From Escherichia coli (lineage in GTDB: Bacteria > Pseudomonadota > Gammaproteobacteria > Enterobacterales > Enterobacteriaceae): 64,000 nucleotides of DNA. The notes below the pieces were generated by a model. That model was not told the origin of the DNA, did no database searches, and saw only the letters and a list, made by a program, of their open reading frames with translations. Position 1 is the stretch's first letter, and every line of letters starts with the position of its first letter. The position numbers were made by a program, and so were the translations under genes. Positions 53,206 to 64,000 of this stretch are shown here, in pieces. The stretch lies in assembly GCF_003334785.1 (NCBI RefSeq), contig NZ_QOWV01000002.1. The stretch is one strand, 5' to 3'.

Positions 53206-54849
53206 ATGGAACTTCTTGTACTTGTCTGGCGGCAGTATCGCTGGCCATTTATCAGTGTGATGGCGCTAAGCCTCGCCAGTGCGGCATTAGGCATTGGCTT
53301 AATTGCTTTTATCAATCAGCGCCTTATCGAAACGGCGGATACCAGTCTGCTGGTGTTGCCGGAGTTTCTGGGATTATTGCTGCTGTTGATGGCAGTCACT
53401 CTCGGATCGCAACTGGCGCTCACCACTTTGGGGCATCACTTCGTTTACCGACTGCGTAGTGAATTTATCAAGCGGATTCTGGATACTCACGTCGAGCGCA
53501 TTGAACAACTCGGTAGCGCCTCGTTGCTGGCGGGGTTAACCAGCGATGTGCGCAATATCACCATTGCTTTTGTGCGTCTGCCGGAACTGGTGCAGGGGAT
53601 CATTCTCACTATCGGTTCAGCGGCGTATCTGTGGATGCTGTCGGGCAAAATGTTGCTGGTAACGGCTATCTGGATGGCGATCACCATCTGGGGCGGTTTT
53701 GTGCTGGTGGCGCGGGTGTACAAACATATGGCGACCCTGCGTGAAACCGAAGACAAGCTGTACACGGATTTTCAAACTGTACTTGAAGGGCGCAAAGAGC
53801 TGACTCTGAACCGGGAACGCGCCGAGTATGTGTTTAACAACCTCTACATTCCTGATGCGCAAGAGTATCGCCACCATATTATTCGCGCAGACACCTTCCA
53901 TCTTAGTGCCGTGAACTGGTCAAACATCATGATGCTGGGCGCAATCGGCCTGGTGTTCTGGATGGCGAACAGCCTCGGTTGGGCTGATACCAACGTTGCC
54001 GCGACCTATTCGTTGACGCTTTTATTCCTGCGTACGCCGCTGCTTTCGGCGGTTGGCGCATTGCCGACGCTGCTGACGGCGCAGGTGGCGTTTAACAAGC
54101 TGAACAAATTCGCGCTCGCGCCTTTCAAAGCAGAGTTTCCGCGCCCGCAGGCGTTTCCCAACTGGCAAACGCTGGAGCTGCGTAACGTGACGTTTGCTTA
54201 TCAGGATAACGCGTTTTCCGTTGGTCCGATTAATCTCACCATCAAACGTGGCGAGCTGCTGTTTCTGATTGGCGGCAACGGTAGCGGAAAATCGACGCTG
54301 GCGATGTTGTTGACGGGCTTGTATCAGCCACAAAGCGGCGAAATCTTGCTGGATGGCAAACCTGTCAGCGGCGAACAACCGGAAGATTATCGCAAACTGT
54401 TTTCGGCAGTGTTTACCGATGTCTGGCTGTTTGATCAACTGCTGGGGCCGGAGGGTAAACCCGCTAACCCGCAACTGGTTGAGAAGTGGCTGGCGCAGCT
54501 GAAAATGGCTCATAAGCTTGAGTTAAGCAACGGGCGTATTGTTAACCTGAAGTTATCAAAAGGGCAGAAAAAACGCGTGGCGCTGTTGCTGGCGCTGGCA
54601 GAAGAACGCGATATTATCCTGCTGGATGAATGGGCGGCGGATCAGGATCCACACTTCCGTCGTGAGTTTTATCAGGTGTTGCTGCCGCTGATGCAGGAGA
54701 TGGGTAAAACTATTTTCGCTATCAGTCATGATGATCATTACTTTATCCACGCCGACCGCCTGCTGGAAATGCGCAATGGGCAACTTAGCGAGCTGACGGG
54801 CGAAGAGCGCGATGCCGCTTCGCGTGATGCCGTTGCCCGGACGGCATAA
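53206..54849 (+). CDS. yojI: ABC-type efflux pump, fused permease-ATPase (microcin J25 exporter family)
   Basis: 547-aa ORF with TM domain plus Walker A (GGNGSGKST) and ABC signature. Confidence 0.9.
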
Positions 54850-55054
54850 TATTACGACGCTGACCTGGCGGACTGCTGCCGTCAGGTCAATATGCTAAAA
54901 ATCCCTTCATTTCTAATAACCCTATAATTAATCAACGAAATTATAATGTTTCTAAAATTAGAATATAATTTATAAACATTATTTAAATGTTGTTACTTAA
55001 GTGTTACCGTTGATGCCGCGCAAATCTCACCTGCAATAAAGCGACTAAAAGTAA

Positions 55055-56713
<1,659 letters not shown>

Positions 56714-57075
56714 TGATGCGCCACATCCGGCATGGTATGCCGGATGTGGCGTATGCTGATAAGACGCGCCAGCGTCGCATCAGGCAACCGGCTCGGGCGT
56801 TAGATGTTGGATGCGGCGTAACCGCCTTATCCAACCTACGGGGTGGAGCACTTCACAGCGGTGTAGGCCTGATAAGACGCGCCAGCGTCGCATCAGGCAA
56901 CCGGCTTGGGCGTTAGATGTCGGATGCGGCGTAACCGCCTTATCCGACCTACGGGGTGGAGCACTTCACAGCGGTGTAGGCCTGATAAGACGCGCCAGCG
57001 TCGCATCAGGCAACCGGCTCGGGCGTTGGATGTCGGATGCGGCGTGACCGCCTTGTCTGACCTACGGGGTGCCGC
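56714..57075. repeat. Terminator hairpin followed by three tandem REP/BIME units of about 95-100 bp
   Basis: Perfect hairpin gcgccacatccggcat-ggt-atgccggatgtggcg (56718-56751), then three near-identical copies of gataagacgcgccagcgtcgcatcaggcaaccggc…gatgcggcgtaaccgccttatcc…acggggtggagcacttcacagcggtgtaggcct; these produce the spurious overlapping ORFs 56713..57274. Confidence 0.8.
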
Positions 57076-57088
57076 ACTTCACGGCAGT

Positions 57089-57577
57089 TTAGCGAACTAC
57101 CGCGTTGTCAATTTTCTCTTCCGCCTTCCAGACGCGGTACTTCACATCTACATTGTCTGGCGTATACACCACGATCGGCAGCTTGCTGTTGTAACGCAGC
57201 ATTCCAGCATCGCCCAGATACGCGGTGACAAATTTCTTCTCTTTCTTGCCATCCGGGCAGGCCATCATCGTTGAAACCGGGGAACTGACTTTATCAAAGA
57301 CATAATAATCATAGCCCCAGCCTTCCAGCGTTTTGTTTTCCAGCTTCCCGCCGAGACGATGCAAATTGCAATCGACTTCCAGCGTCTGACCGATTAACAG
57401 TTCTACTTTCAGGGTAGATTCATCTTCTTGCGGGGTTAACTGAATCACCTGACGCTTCATCCCTTTTTCAGCTTGTGGATAAGGCGCGATTTTTTCCAGT
57501 GGCTGGACGCTTTCTGCCGCCCAGGCGGAAGTGGTAGCGAAAGCGGCAAACAATACTGCAGGTAGAATGGTCTTCAT
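57089..57577 (-). CDS. eco: Ecotin (periplasmic serine protease inhibitor)
   Basis: ORF 57089..57598; start set at [20 protein letters not shown] (57577); 162 aa. Confidence 0.93.
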
Positions 57578-57760
57578 TTTTTTGCTTTCCTTCTTCATTT
57601 ATAGGTTTTCACCGATGATGTCGCTGAAGGTTAACATATTCATCAGATTTATTAATTTGCTTTATGAATAACTTAAAGAACATTCAGACAATTTTACCTG
57701 CTCTTTTAGTGTTAAATTCTAATGAGAGAGCAAACCAGCAGAAATATCTCTGGTGAATCA

Positions 57761-57871
57761 ATCGCTATATAAATATATTTATAACCATTTGAAATGTGAG
57801 CAAAAGCCCGTTTTTGCCACGCTTCCCGCCACTCTTTTGATCCTGCTACAGGTTTTACCCCGATCGGGGTA
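57761..57871 (+). promoter_or_regulatory. napF control region: candidate ModE, FNR and NarP/NarL 7-2-7 sites
   Basis: atcgctatataaatatatttataacc (57761-57786) is ModE-like; ttgatcctgctaca (57837-57850) is an FNR-like half match; TACCCCG-at-CGGGGTA (57856-57871) is a perfect 7-2-7 palindrome of the NarP/NarL heptamer type. Confidence 0.5.
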
Positions 57872-57984
57872 TGCATCTTTGACACATCCTTTAATATCTT
57901 AGCGGCTATAAAAATGGCTTATTAATTATGCGGTTTATTTGGTCGCTCTCAATTTTCAGAGCGCGTTAATGATGGAAGGTCAAT

Positions 57985-58479
57985 GTGAAGATTGATGCAT
58001 CCCGTCGGGGCATACTCACTGGTCGCTGGCGCAAAGCCAGTAACGGTATCCGTCCGCCCTGGTCCGGTGATGAATCTCATTTTCTGACCCATTGCACCCG
58101 CTGCGACGCCTGTATTAATGCTTGTGAAAACAACATTCTGCAACGCGGCGCGGGCGGCTATCCGAGCGTTAATTTCAAAAATAACGAGTGCAGCTTCTGT
58201 TACGCCTGCGCGCAGGCTTGCCCCGAATCGCTATTTTCTCCGCGCCACACCAGGGCCTGGGATTTGCAGTTCACCATCGGGGACGCGTGCCTGGCGTATC
58301 AGTCAGTTGAATGCCGCCGCTGTCAGGATAGCTGTGAGCCAATGGCAATTATCTTTCGCCCGACGCTCTCCGGGATCTACCAGCCGCAACTTAATAGCCA
58401 ACTTTGCAACGGATGTGGAGCATGTGCAGCCAGCTGTCCGGTATCAGCCATAACTGCGGAGTATCTCCATGCACACTAA
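57985..58479 (+). CDS. napF: Ferredoxin-type protein NapF (4Fe-4S clusters)
   Basis: 164-aa ORF with apparent GTG start; multiple CxxCxxCxxxCP motifs. Confidence 0.9.
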   Translation: MKIDASRRGILTGRWRKASNGIRPPWSGDESHFLTHCTRCDACINACENNILQRGAGGYPSVNFKNNECSFCYACAQACPESLFSPRHTRAWDLQFTIGDACLAYQSVECRRCQDSCEPMAIIFRPTLSGIYQPQLNSQLCNGCGACAASCPVSAITAEYLHAH

Positions 58480-58732
58480 CTGGCAAGTTTGCAGCCTGGT
58501 CGTGCAGGCCAAAAGCGAACGAATTTCAGACATCAGCACCCAACTGAACGCCTTTCCCGGCTGTGAAGTTGCTGTCAGCGACGCGCCGAGCGGTCAGTTG
58601 ATTGTGGTGGTGGAAGCAGAAGACAGCGAAACGCTGATCCAAACCATTGAGTCAGTACGCAACGTAGAGGGCGTGCTGGCGGTGTCGCTGGTTTATCACC
58701 AGCAGGAAGAGCAAGGTGAGGAAACACCATGA
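58469..58732 (+). CDS. napD: NapA chaperone NapD
   Basis: 87-aa ORF overlapping the napF end and the napA start. Confidence 0.9.
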   Translation: MHTNWQVCSLVVQAKSERISDISTQLNAFPGCEVAVSDAPSGQLIVVVEAEDSETLIQTIESVRNVEGVLAVSLVYHQQEEQGEETP

Positions 58733-61215
58733 AACTCAGTCGTCGTAGCTTTATGAAAGCTAACGCCGTTGCGGCCGCTGCGGCGGCTGCCGGTCTCAGC
58801 GTGCCGGGCGTTGCCCGCGCCGTTGTTGGTCAGCAGGAAGCCATCAAATGGGATAAAGCGCCGTGCCGTTTCTGCGGTACTGGTTGCGGCGTTCTGGTCG
58901 GAACGCAGCAGGGACGTGTGGTGGCCTGTCAGGGCGACCCGGACGCACCGGTTAACCGTGGCCTGAACTGCATTAAGGGCTATTTCCTGCCCAAAATCAT
59001 GTACGGTAAAGACCGTTTGACGCAGCCGCTGCTGCGTATGAAAAACGGTAAATATGACAAAGAAGGCGAATTTACCCCAATCACCTGGGATCAGGCCTTC
59101 GATGTGATGGAAGAGAAATTCAAAACCGCCCTGAAAGAAAAAGGGCCGGAATCGATCGGTATGTTCGGTTCTGGTCAGTGGACTATCTGGGAAGGTTATG
59201 CCGCGTCCAAGCTGTTTAAAGCGGGCTTCCGTTCGAACAACATCGACCCGAACGCGCGTCACTGTATGGCGTCGGCAGTAGTTGGCTTTATGCGTACCTT
59301 TGGTATGGATGAGCCGATGGGCTGCTATGACGACATCGAGCAGGCTGACGCGTTTGTGCTGTGGGGCGCAAACATGGCGGAAATGCACCCGATCCTCTGG
59401 TCGCGCATCACTAACCGTCGTCTCTCTAACCAGAACGTCACCGTGGCGGTGCTTTCTACCTACCAGCATCGTAGCTTCGAGCTGGCGGATAACGGCATCA
59501 TCTTTACGCCGCAATCTGACCTGGTGATCCTGAACTACATCGCCAACTATATCATTCAAAACAATGCGATAAATCAGGACTTCTTCAGCAAGCACGTTAA
59601 CCTGCGCAAAGGGGCGACGGACATCGGCTACGGTTTACGTCCGACCCATCCGCTGGAAAAAGCAGCGAAGAATCCGGGTTCTGACGCCTCCGAACCGATG
59701 AGCTTTGAAGATTACAAAGCCTTCGTTGCCGAGTATACGCTGGAAAAAACTGCCGAAATGACCGGCGTGCCGAAAGACCAGTTAGAACAACTGGCGCAGC
59801 TGTATGCCGATCCGAACAAGAAAGTCATCTCCTACTGGACGATGGGCTTCAACCAGCATACTCGTGGCGTGTGGGCTAACAACCTGGTCTACAACCTGCA
59901 CCTGCTGACCGGCAAAATTTCCCAGCCGGGTTGCGGTCCGTTCTCCCTGACCGGGCAACCTTCTGCGTGTGGTACTGCGCGTGAAGTGGGCACCTTTGCT
60001 CACCGTCTGCCTGCGGACATGGTGGTGACCAACGAGAAACACCGTGATATCTGCGAGAAGAAGTGGAATATCCCGAGCGGCACCATTCCGGCGAAAATCG
60101 GTCTGCACGCGGTGGCACAAGACCGTGCGCTGAAAGACGGCAAACTGAATGTTTACTGGACCATGTGTACCAACAACATGCAGGCCGGGCCGAACATCAA
60201 TGAAGAGCGTATGCCGGGCTGGCGCGATCCGCGCAACTTCATCATCGTCTCCGATCCGTATCCGACAGTCAGTGCGCTGGCCGCCGACTTGATCCTGCCG
60301 ACCGCAATGTGGGTAGAGAAAGAGGGCGCTTACGGTAACGCCGAACGCCGTACTCAGTTCTGGCGTCAACAGGTACAGGCACCGGGCGAAGCGAAATCGG
60401 ATCTCTGGCAGTTAGTCCAGTTCTCCCGCCGCTTCAAAACTGAAGAAGTATGGCCGGAAGATCTGCTGGCGAAGAAACCGGAACTGCGTGGCAAAACGCT
60501 GTACGAAGTGCTGTATGCCACACCGGAAGTGAGCAAATTCCCGGTATCCGAACTGGCGGAAGATCAGCTGAACGATGAATCCCGCGAGCTGGGCTTCTAT
60601 CTGCAAAAAGGGCTGTTCGAAGAGTACGCATGGTTTGGTCGCGGTCACGGTCACGATCTGGCACCGTTCGATGACTACCACAAAGCGCGCGGTCTGCGCT
60701 GGCCGGTGGTGAACGGTAAAGAAACGCAGTGGCGTTACAGCGAAGGTAACGACCCGTACGTGAAAGCGGGCGAAGGCTATAAGTTCTACGGTAAACCGGA
60801 TGGCAAAGCGGTGATCTTCGCACTGCCATTCGAACCGGCGGCGGAAGCACCGGATGAAGAGTACGACCTGTGGCTCTCTACCGGACGCGTTCTGGAGCAC
60901 TGGCACACCGGCAGTATGACTCGCCGTGTACCAGAACTGCACCGCGCCTTCCCGGAAGCGGTCCTGTTTATTCACCCGCTGGATGCGAAAGCGCGCGATC
61001 TGCGCCGTGGCGACAAAGTGAAAGTGGTTTCTCGCCGTGGCGAAGTGATCTCGATTGTTGAAACGCGCGGTCGTAACCGTCCGCCACAGGGCCTGGTGTA
61101 CATGCCGTTCTTCGACGCCGCACAGTTGGTTAACAAACTGACGCTGGATGCGACCGATCCGCTCTCGAAAGAGACGGACTTCAAGAAGTGCGCGGTCAAA
61201 CTGGAGAAGGTGTAA
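58729..61215 (+). CDS. napA: Periplasmic nitrate reductase catalytic subunit NapA (Mo-bisMGD, Tat-exported)
   Basis: 828-aa ORF with twin-arginine signal (SRRSFMKA). Confidence 0.97.
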   Translation: MKLSRRSFMKANAVAAAAAAAGLSVPGVARAVVGQQEAIKWDKAPCRFCGTGCGVLVGTQQGRVVACQGDPDAPVNRGLNCIKGYFLPKIMYGKDRLTQPLLRMKNGKYDKEGEFTPITWDQAFDVMEEKFKTALKEKGPESIGMFGSGQWTIWEGYAASKLFKAGFRSNNIDPNARHCMASAVVGFMRTFGMDEPMGCYDDIEQADAFVLWGANMAEMHPILWSRITNRRLSNQNVTVAVLSTYQHRSFELADNGIIFTPQSDLVILNYIANYIIQNNAINQDFFSKHVNLRKGATDIGYGLRPTHPLEKAAKNPGSDASEPMSFEDYKAFVAEYTLEKTAEMTGVPKDQLEQLAQLYADPNKKVISYWTMGFNQHTRGVWANNLVYNLHLLTGKISQPGCGPFSLTGQPSACGTAREVGTFAHRLPADMVVTNEKHRDICEKKWNIPSGTIPAKIGLHAVAQDRALKDGKLNVYWTMCTNNMQAGPNINEERMPGWRDPRNFIIVSDPYPTVSALAADLILPTAMWVEKEGAYGNAERRTQFWRQQVQAPGEAKSDLWQLVQFSRRFKTEEVWPEDLLAKKPELRGKTLYEVLYATPEVSKFPVSELAEDQLNDESRELGFYLQKGLFEEYAWFGRGHGHDLAPFDDYHKARGLRWPVVNGKETQWRYSEGNDPYVKAGEGYKFYGKPDGKAVIFALPFEPAAEAPDEEYDLWLSTGRVLEHWHTGSMTRRVPELHRAFPEAVLFIHPLDAKARDLRRGDKVKVVSRRGEVISIVETRGRNRPPQGLVYMPFFDAAQLVNKLTLDATDPLSKETDFKKCAVKLEKV

Positions 61216-61221
61216 GCCATT

Positions 61222-61917
61222 ATGTCCCGGTCAGCGAAACCTCAAAATGGTCGCCGCCGCTTTCTGCGCGATGTCGTTCGCACAGCAGGCGGGCTGGCTG
61301 CCGTGGGTGTGGCGCTGGGGTTACAACAGCAAACCGCACGCGCATCTGGCGTGCGGTTGCGCCCGCCCGGAGCCATAAACGAGAACGCCTTTGCCAGTGC
61401 CTGTGTGCGTTGCGGTCAGTGTGTTCAGGCTTGCCCTTACGACACCTTAAAACTGGCGACGCTGGCCTCTGGTCTGTCGGCGGGCACGCCATATTTTGTC
61501 GCACGGGATATTCCTTGCGAAATGTGTGAGGACATTCCGTGCGCCAAAGTGTGCCCAAGCGGTGCGCTGGATCGTGAGATTGAATCGATCGACGACGCGC
61601 GGATGGGGCTGGCGGTACTGGTGGACCAGGAAAACTGTCTCAACTTTCAGGGGCTGCGCTGCGATGTTTGTTATCGCGAATGCCCGAAAATTGATGAGGC
61701 CATCACCCTGGAGCTGGAGCGCAACACGCGTACCGGTAAGCACGCCCGCTTTCTGCCGACGGTTCACAGCGACGCCTGTACCGGTTGCGGTAAGTGCGAA
61801 AAAGTATGCGTGCTGGAACAACCGGCAATCAAGGTGTTACCGCTGTCACTGGCGAAAGGGGAGTTAGGTCACCATTACCGCTTCGGCTGGCTGGAGGGGA
61901 ACAATGGCAAATCGTAA
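61222..61917 (+). CDS. napG: Ferredoxin-type protein NapG (Tat signal)
   Basis: 231-aa ORF with 4Fe-4S motifs. Confidence 0.93.
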
Positions 61918-62767
61918 ACGTGACGCCGGGCGCGAGGCGCTGGAGAAAAAAGGCTGGTGGCGCAGTCACCGTTGGCTGGTGTTACGTCGCCTTTGTCAGT
62001 TCTTCGTGCTGGGGATGTTTTTGAGCGGTCCATGGTTTGGTGTGTGGATCTTGCACGGCAACTACAGCAGTAGCCTGTTATTCGACACCGTTCCGCTGAC
62101 CGATCCGCTGATGACGCTGCAAAGTCTTGCCAGTGGTCATCTGCCTGCCACGGTGGCGTTGACCGGTGCGGTGATTATCACCGTGCTCTACGCCCTGGCG
62201 GGAAAGCGATTATTTTGCAGCTGGGTCTGCCCGCTGAACCCGATTACCGACTTAGCGAACTGGTTACGCAGGCGCTTTGACCTCAATCAGTCTGCGACGA
62301 TCCCTCGCCACATTCGCTACGTGCTGTTGGTGGTCATTCTGGTGGGATCAGCCTTAACTGGCACGCTCATTTGGGAATGGATCAACCCCGTTTCTCTGAT
62401 GGGGCGTAGCCTGGTAATGGGCTTCGGCAGCGGCGCGCTGCTTATTCTCGCGCTGTTTTTATTTGATCTACTGGTCGTTGAACACGGCTGGTGCGGGCAC
62501 ATTTGTCCGGTTGGCGCGCTGTATGGCGTGCTGGGTAGCAAAGGTGTGATTACCGTTGCGGCCACCGATCGGCAGAAATGTAACCGCTGTATGGATTGTT
62601 TTCATGTTTGCCCGGAACCGCATGTGCTACGTGCCCCGGTGCTGGATGAACAAAGCCCGGTGCAGGTCACCAGCCGCGATTGCATGACGTGCGGTCGCTG
62701 CGTGGATGTCTGTTCTGAGGATGTATTTACAATAACTACACGATGGAGTTCGGGAGCGAAATCATGA
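61904..62767 (+). CDS. napH: Membrane ferredoxin-type protein NapH
   Basis: 287-aa ORF with TM segments and C-terminal Cys clusters. Confidence 0.93.
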
Positions 62768-63213
62768 AAAGCCATGACCTGAAGAAAGCGCTGTGTCAAT
62801 GGACGGCGATGCTGGCCCTGGTGGTAAGCGGCGCGGTTTGGGCGGCTAATGGCGTCGATTTTAGCCAGTCGCCGGAAGTATCCGGGACACAGGAAGGGGC
62901 CATTCGGATGCCAAAAGAGCAGGATCGGATGCCGCTGAACTATGTGAATCAGCCGCCAATGATCCCGCATAGCGTTGAAGGTTATCAGGTAACGACCAAT
63001 ACCAATCGCTGCTTGCAGTGCCACGGTGTCGAAAGCTATCGCACCACTGGCGCGCCGCGTATCAGTCCTACTCACTTTATGGACAGCGACGGCAAAGTGG
63101 GCGCGGAAGTGGCTCCGCGTCGTTATTTCTGTCTGCAATGTCACGTACCGCAGGCCGATACCGCGCCAATCGTGGGGAATACCTTTACCCCATCAAAAGG
63201 TTACGGGAAATAA
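62764..63213 (+). CDS. napB: Dihaem cytochrome c NapB
   Basis: ORF 62743..63213; start set at MKSHDL… (62764); two CxxCH motifs; 149 aa. Confidence 0.93.
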   Translation: MKSHDLKKALCQWTAMLALVVSGAVWAANGVDFSQSPEVSGTQEGAIRMPKEQDRMPLNYVNQPPMIPHSVEGYQVTTNTNRCLQCHGVESYRTTGAPRISPTHFMDSDGKVGAEVAPRRYFCLQCHVPQADTAPIVGNTFTPSKGYGK

Positions 63214-63222
63214 GAGGTTATT

Positions 63223-63825
63223 ATGGGAAATTCTGACCGTAAGCCTGGTCTGATTAAGCGCCTGTGGAAATGGTGGCGTACCCCCAGCCGTCTGGCGCTG
63301 GGGACGCTGCTGTTGATCGGTTTTGTTGGCGGCATCGTCTTCTGGGGTGGCTTTAACACCGGGATGGAAAAAGCCAATACCGAAGAGTTCTGCATTAGCT
63401 GCCACGAAATGCGCAACACGGTGTATCAGGAATACATGGATTCCGTGCACTACAACAACCGTAGCGGCGTCCGTGCGACCTGTCCGGATTGTCACGTTCC
63501 GCACGAGTTTGTGCCGAAGATGATACGCAAGCTCAAAGCAAGTAAAGAGCTGTATGGTAAAATTTTTGGCGTTATTGACACGCCGCAGAAATTTGAAGCT
63601 CATCGTCTGACGATGGCACAGAATGAGTGGCGGCGCATGAAGGACAATAACTCGCAGGAGTGCCGTAACTGTCACAACTTCGAGTATATGGATACAACCG
63701 CCCAGAAATCGGTTGCCGCGAAGATGCATGACCAGGCGGTGAAAGATGGGCAAACCTGTATTGATTGCCATAAAGGGATAGCGCACAAGCTGCCCGATAT
63801 GCGTGAAGTCGAGCCAGGTTTTTAA
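63223..63825 (+). CDS. napC: Tetrahaem cytochrome c NapC (NapC/NirT family)
   Basis: 200-aa ORF with four CxxCH motifs and an N-terminal TM anchor. Confidence 0.93.
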   Translation: MGNSDRKPGLIKRLWKWWRTPSRLALGTLLLIGFVGGIVFWGGFNTGMEKANTEEFCISCHEMRNTVYQEYMDSVHYNNRSGVRATCPDCHVPHEFVPKMIRKLKASKELYGKIFGVIDTPQKFEAHRLTMAQNEWRRMKDNNSQECRNCHNFEYMDTTAQKSVAAKMHDQAVKDGQTCIDCHKGIAHKLPDMREVEPGF

Positions 63826-63837
63826 CAGGGTTATTGC

Positions 63838-64000
63838 GTGGGTATGCTTGAAGCCAGAGAGTTACTTTGTGAGCGGGATGAACGAACCTTATTTAGTGGC
63901 TTGTCATTTACGCTGAACGCAGGAGAGTGGGTACAAATCACCGGTAGCAACGGCGCGGGGAAGACAACGCTTCTCCGTTTGCTGACGGGGTTGTCTCGCC
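63838..64000 (+). CDS. ccmA: Cytochrome c maturation ABC ATPase CcmA, 5' partial (runs off the window)
   Basis: GTG/ATG start at 63838-63846; Walker [10 protein letters not shown] visible before the window ends. Confidence 0.85.
   Translation, partial: MGMLEARELLCERDERTLFSGLSFTLNAGEWVQITGSNGAGKTTLLRLLTGLSR

Overview
The window reads as one contiguous Escherichia coli K-12-like chromosomal segment, identified by protein recognition and by ORF lengths that match what I recall for K-12. Gene order is rhmR(3' end)-rhmD-rhmT-rhmA | ypaA-rpnB(yfaD) | glpCBA <> glpTQ | yfaH remnant | inaA | yfaE-nrdB-nrdA <> yfaL | ubiG <> gyrA | yfaA-yfaT-yfaS-yfaQ-yfaP | atoBEAD-atoCS <> rcsC | rcsB-rcsD | micF <> ompC | apbE-ada-alkB-yojI | mqo | eco | napFDAGHBC-ccmA(5' end). 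It is core-genome housekeeping and metabolic DNA. I found no integrase, transposase, IS element, CRISPR array, prophage gene or tRNA-flanked island, so I do not claim a novel mobile defence island. The loci most worth a second look are: (1) the rpnB(yfaD)/ypaA tandem duplication, which carries two copies of a Shine-Dalgarno plus ATG module for a small C-terminal Rpn tail protein; (2) the five-gene yfaA-T-S-Q-P operon, which encodes an alpha-2-macroglobulin-like protein with four exported partners of unknown function, one with an HExxH motif; (3) a 1-bp deletion that frameshifts the rhmT transporter gene. Several REP/BIME clusters and regulatory sites (CRP, NrdR/DnaA, sigma54/AtoC, OmpR, Ada, FNR/NarP/ModE) are readable directly. 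All coordinates and motif calls come from reading the sequence and ORF track; no database search was run.
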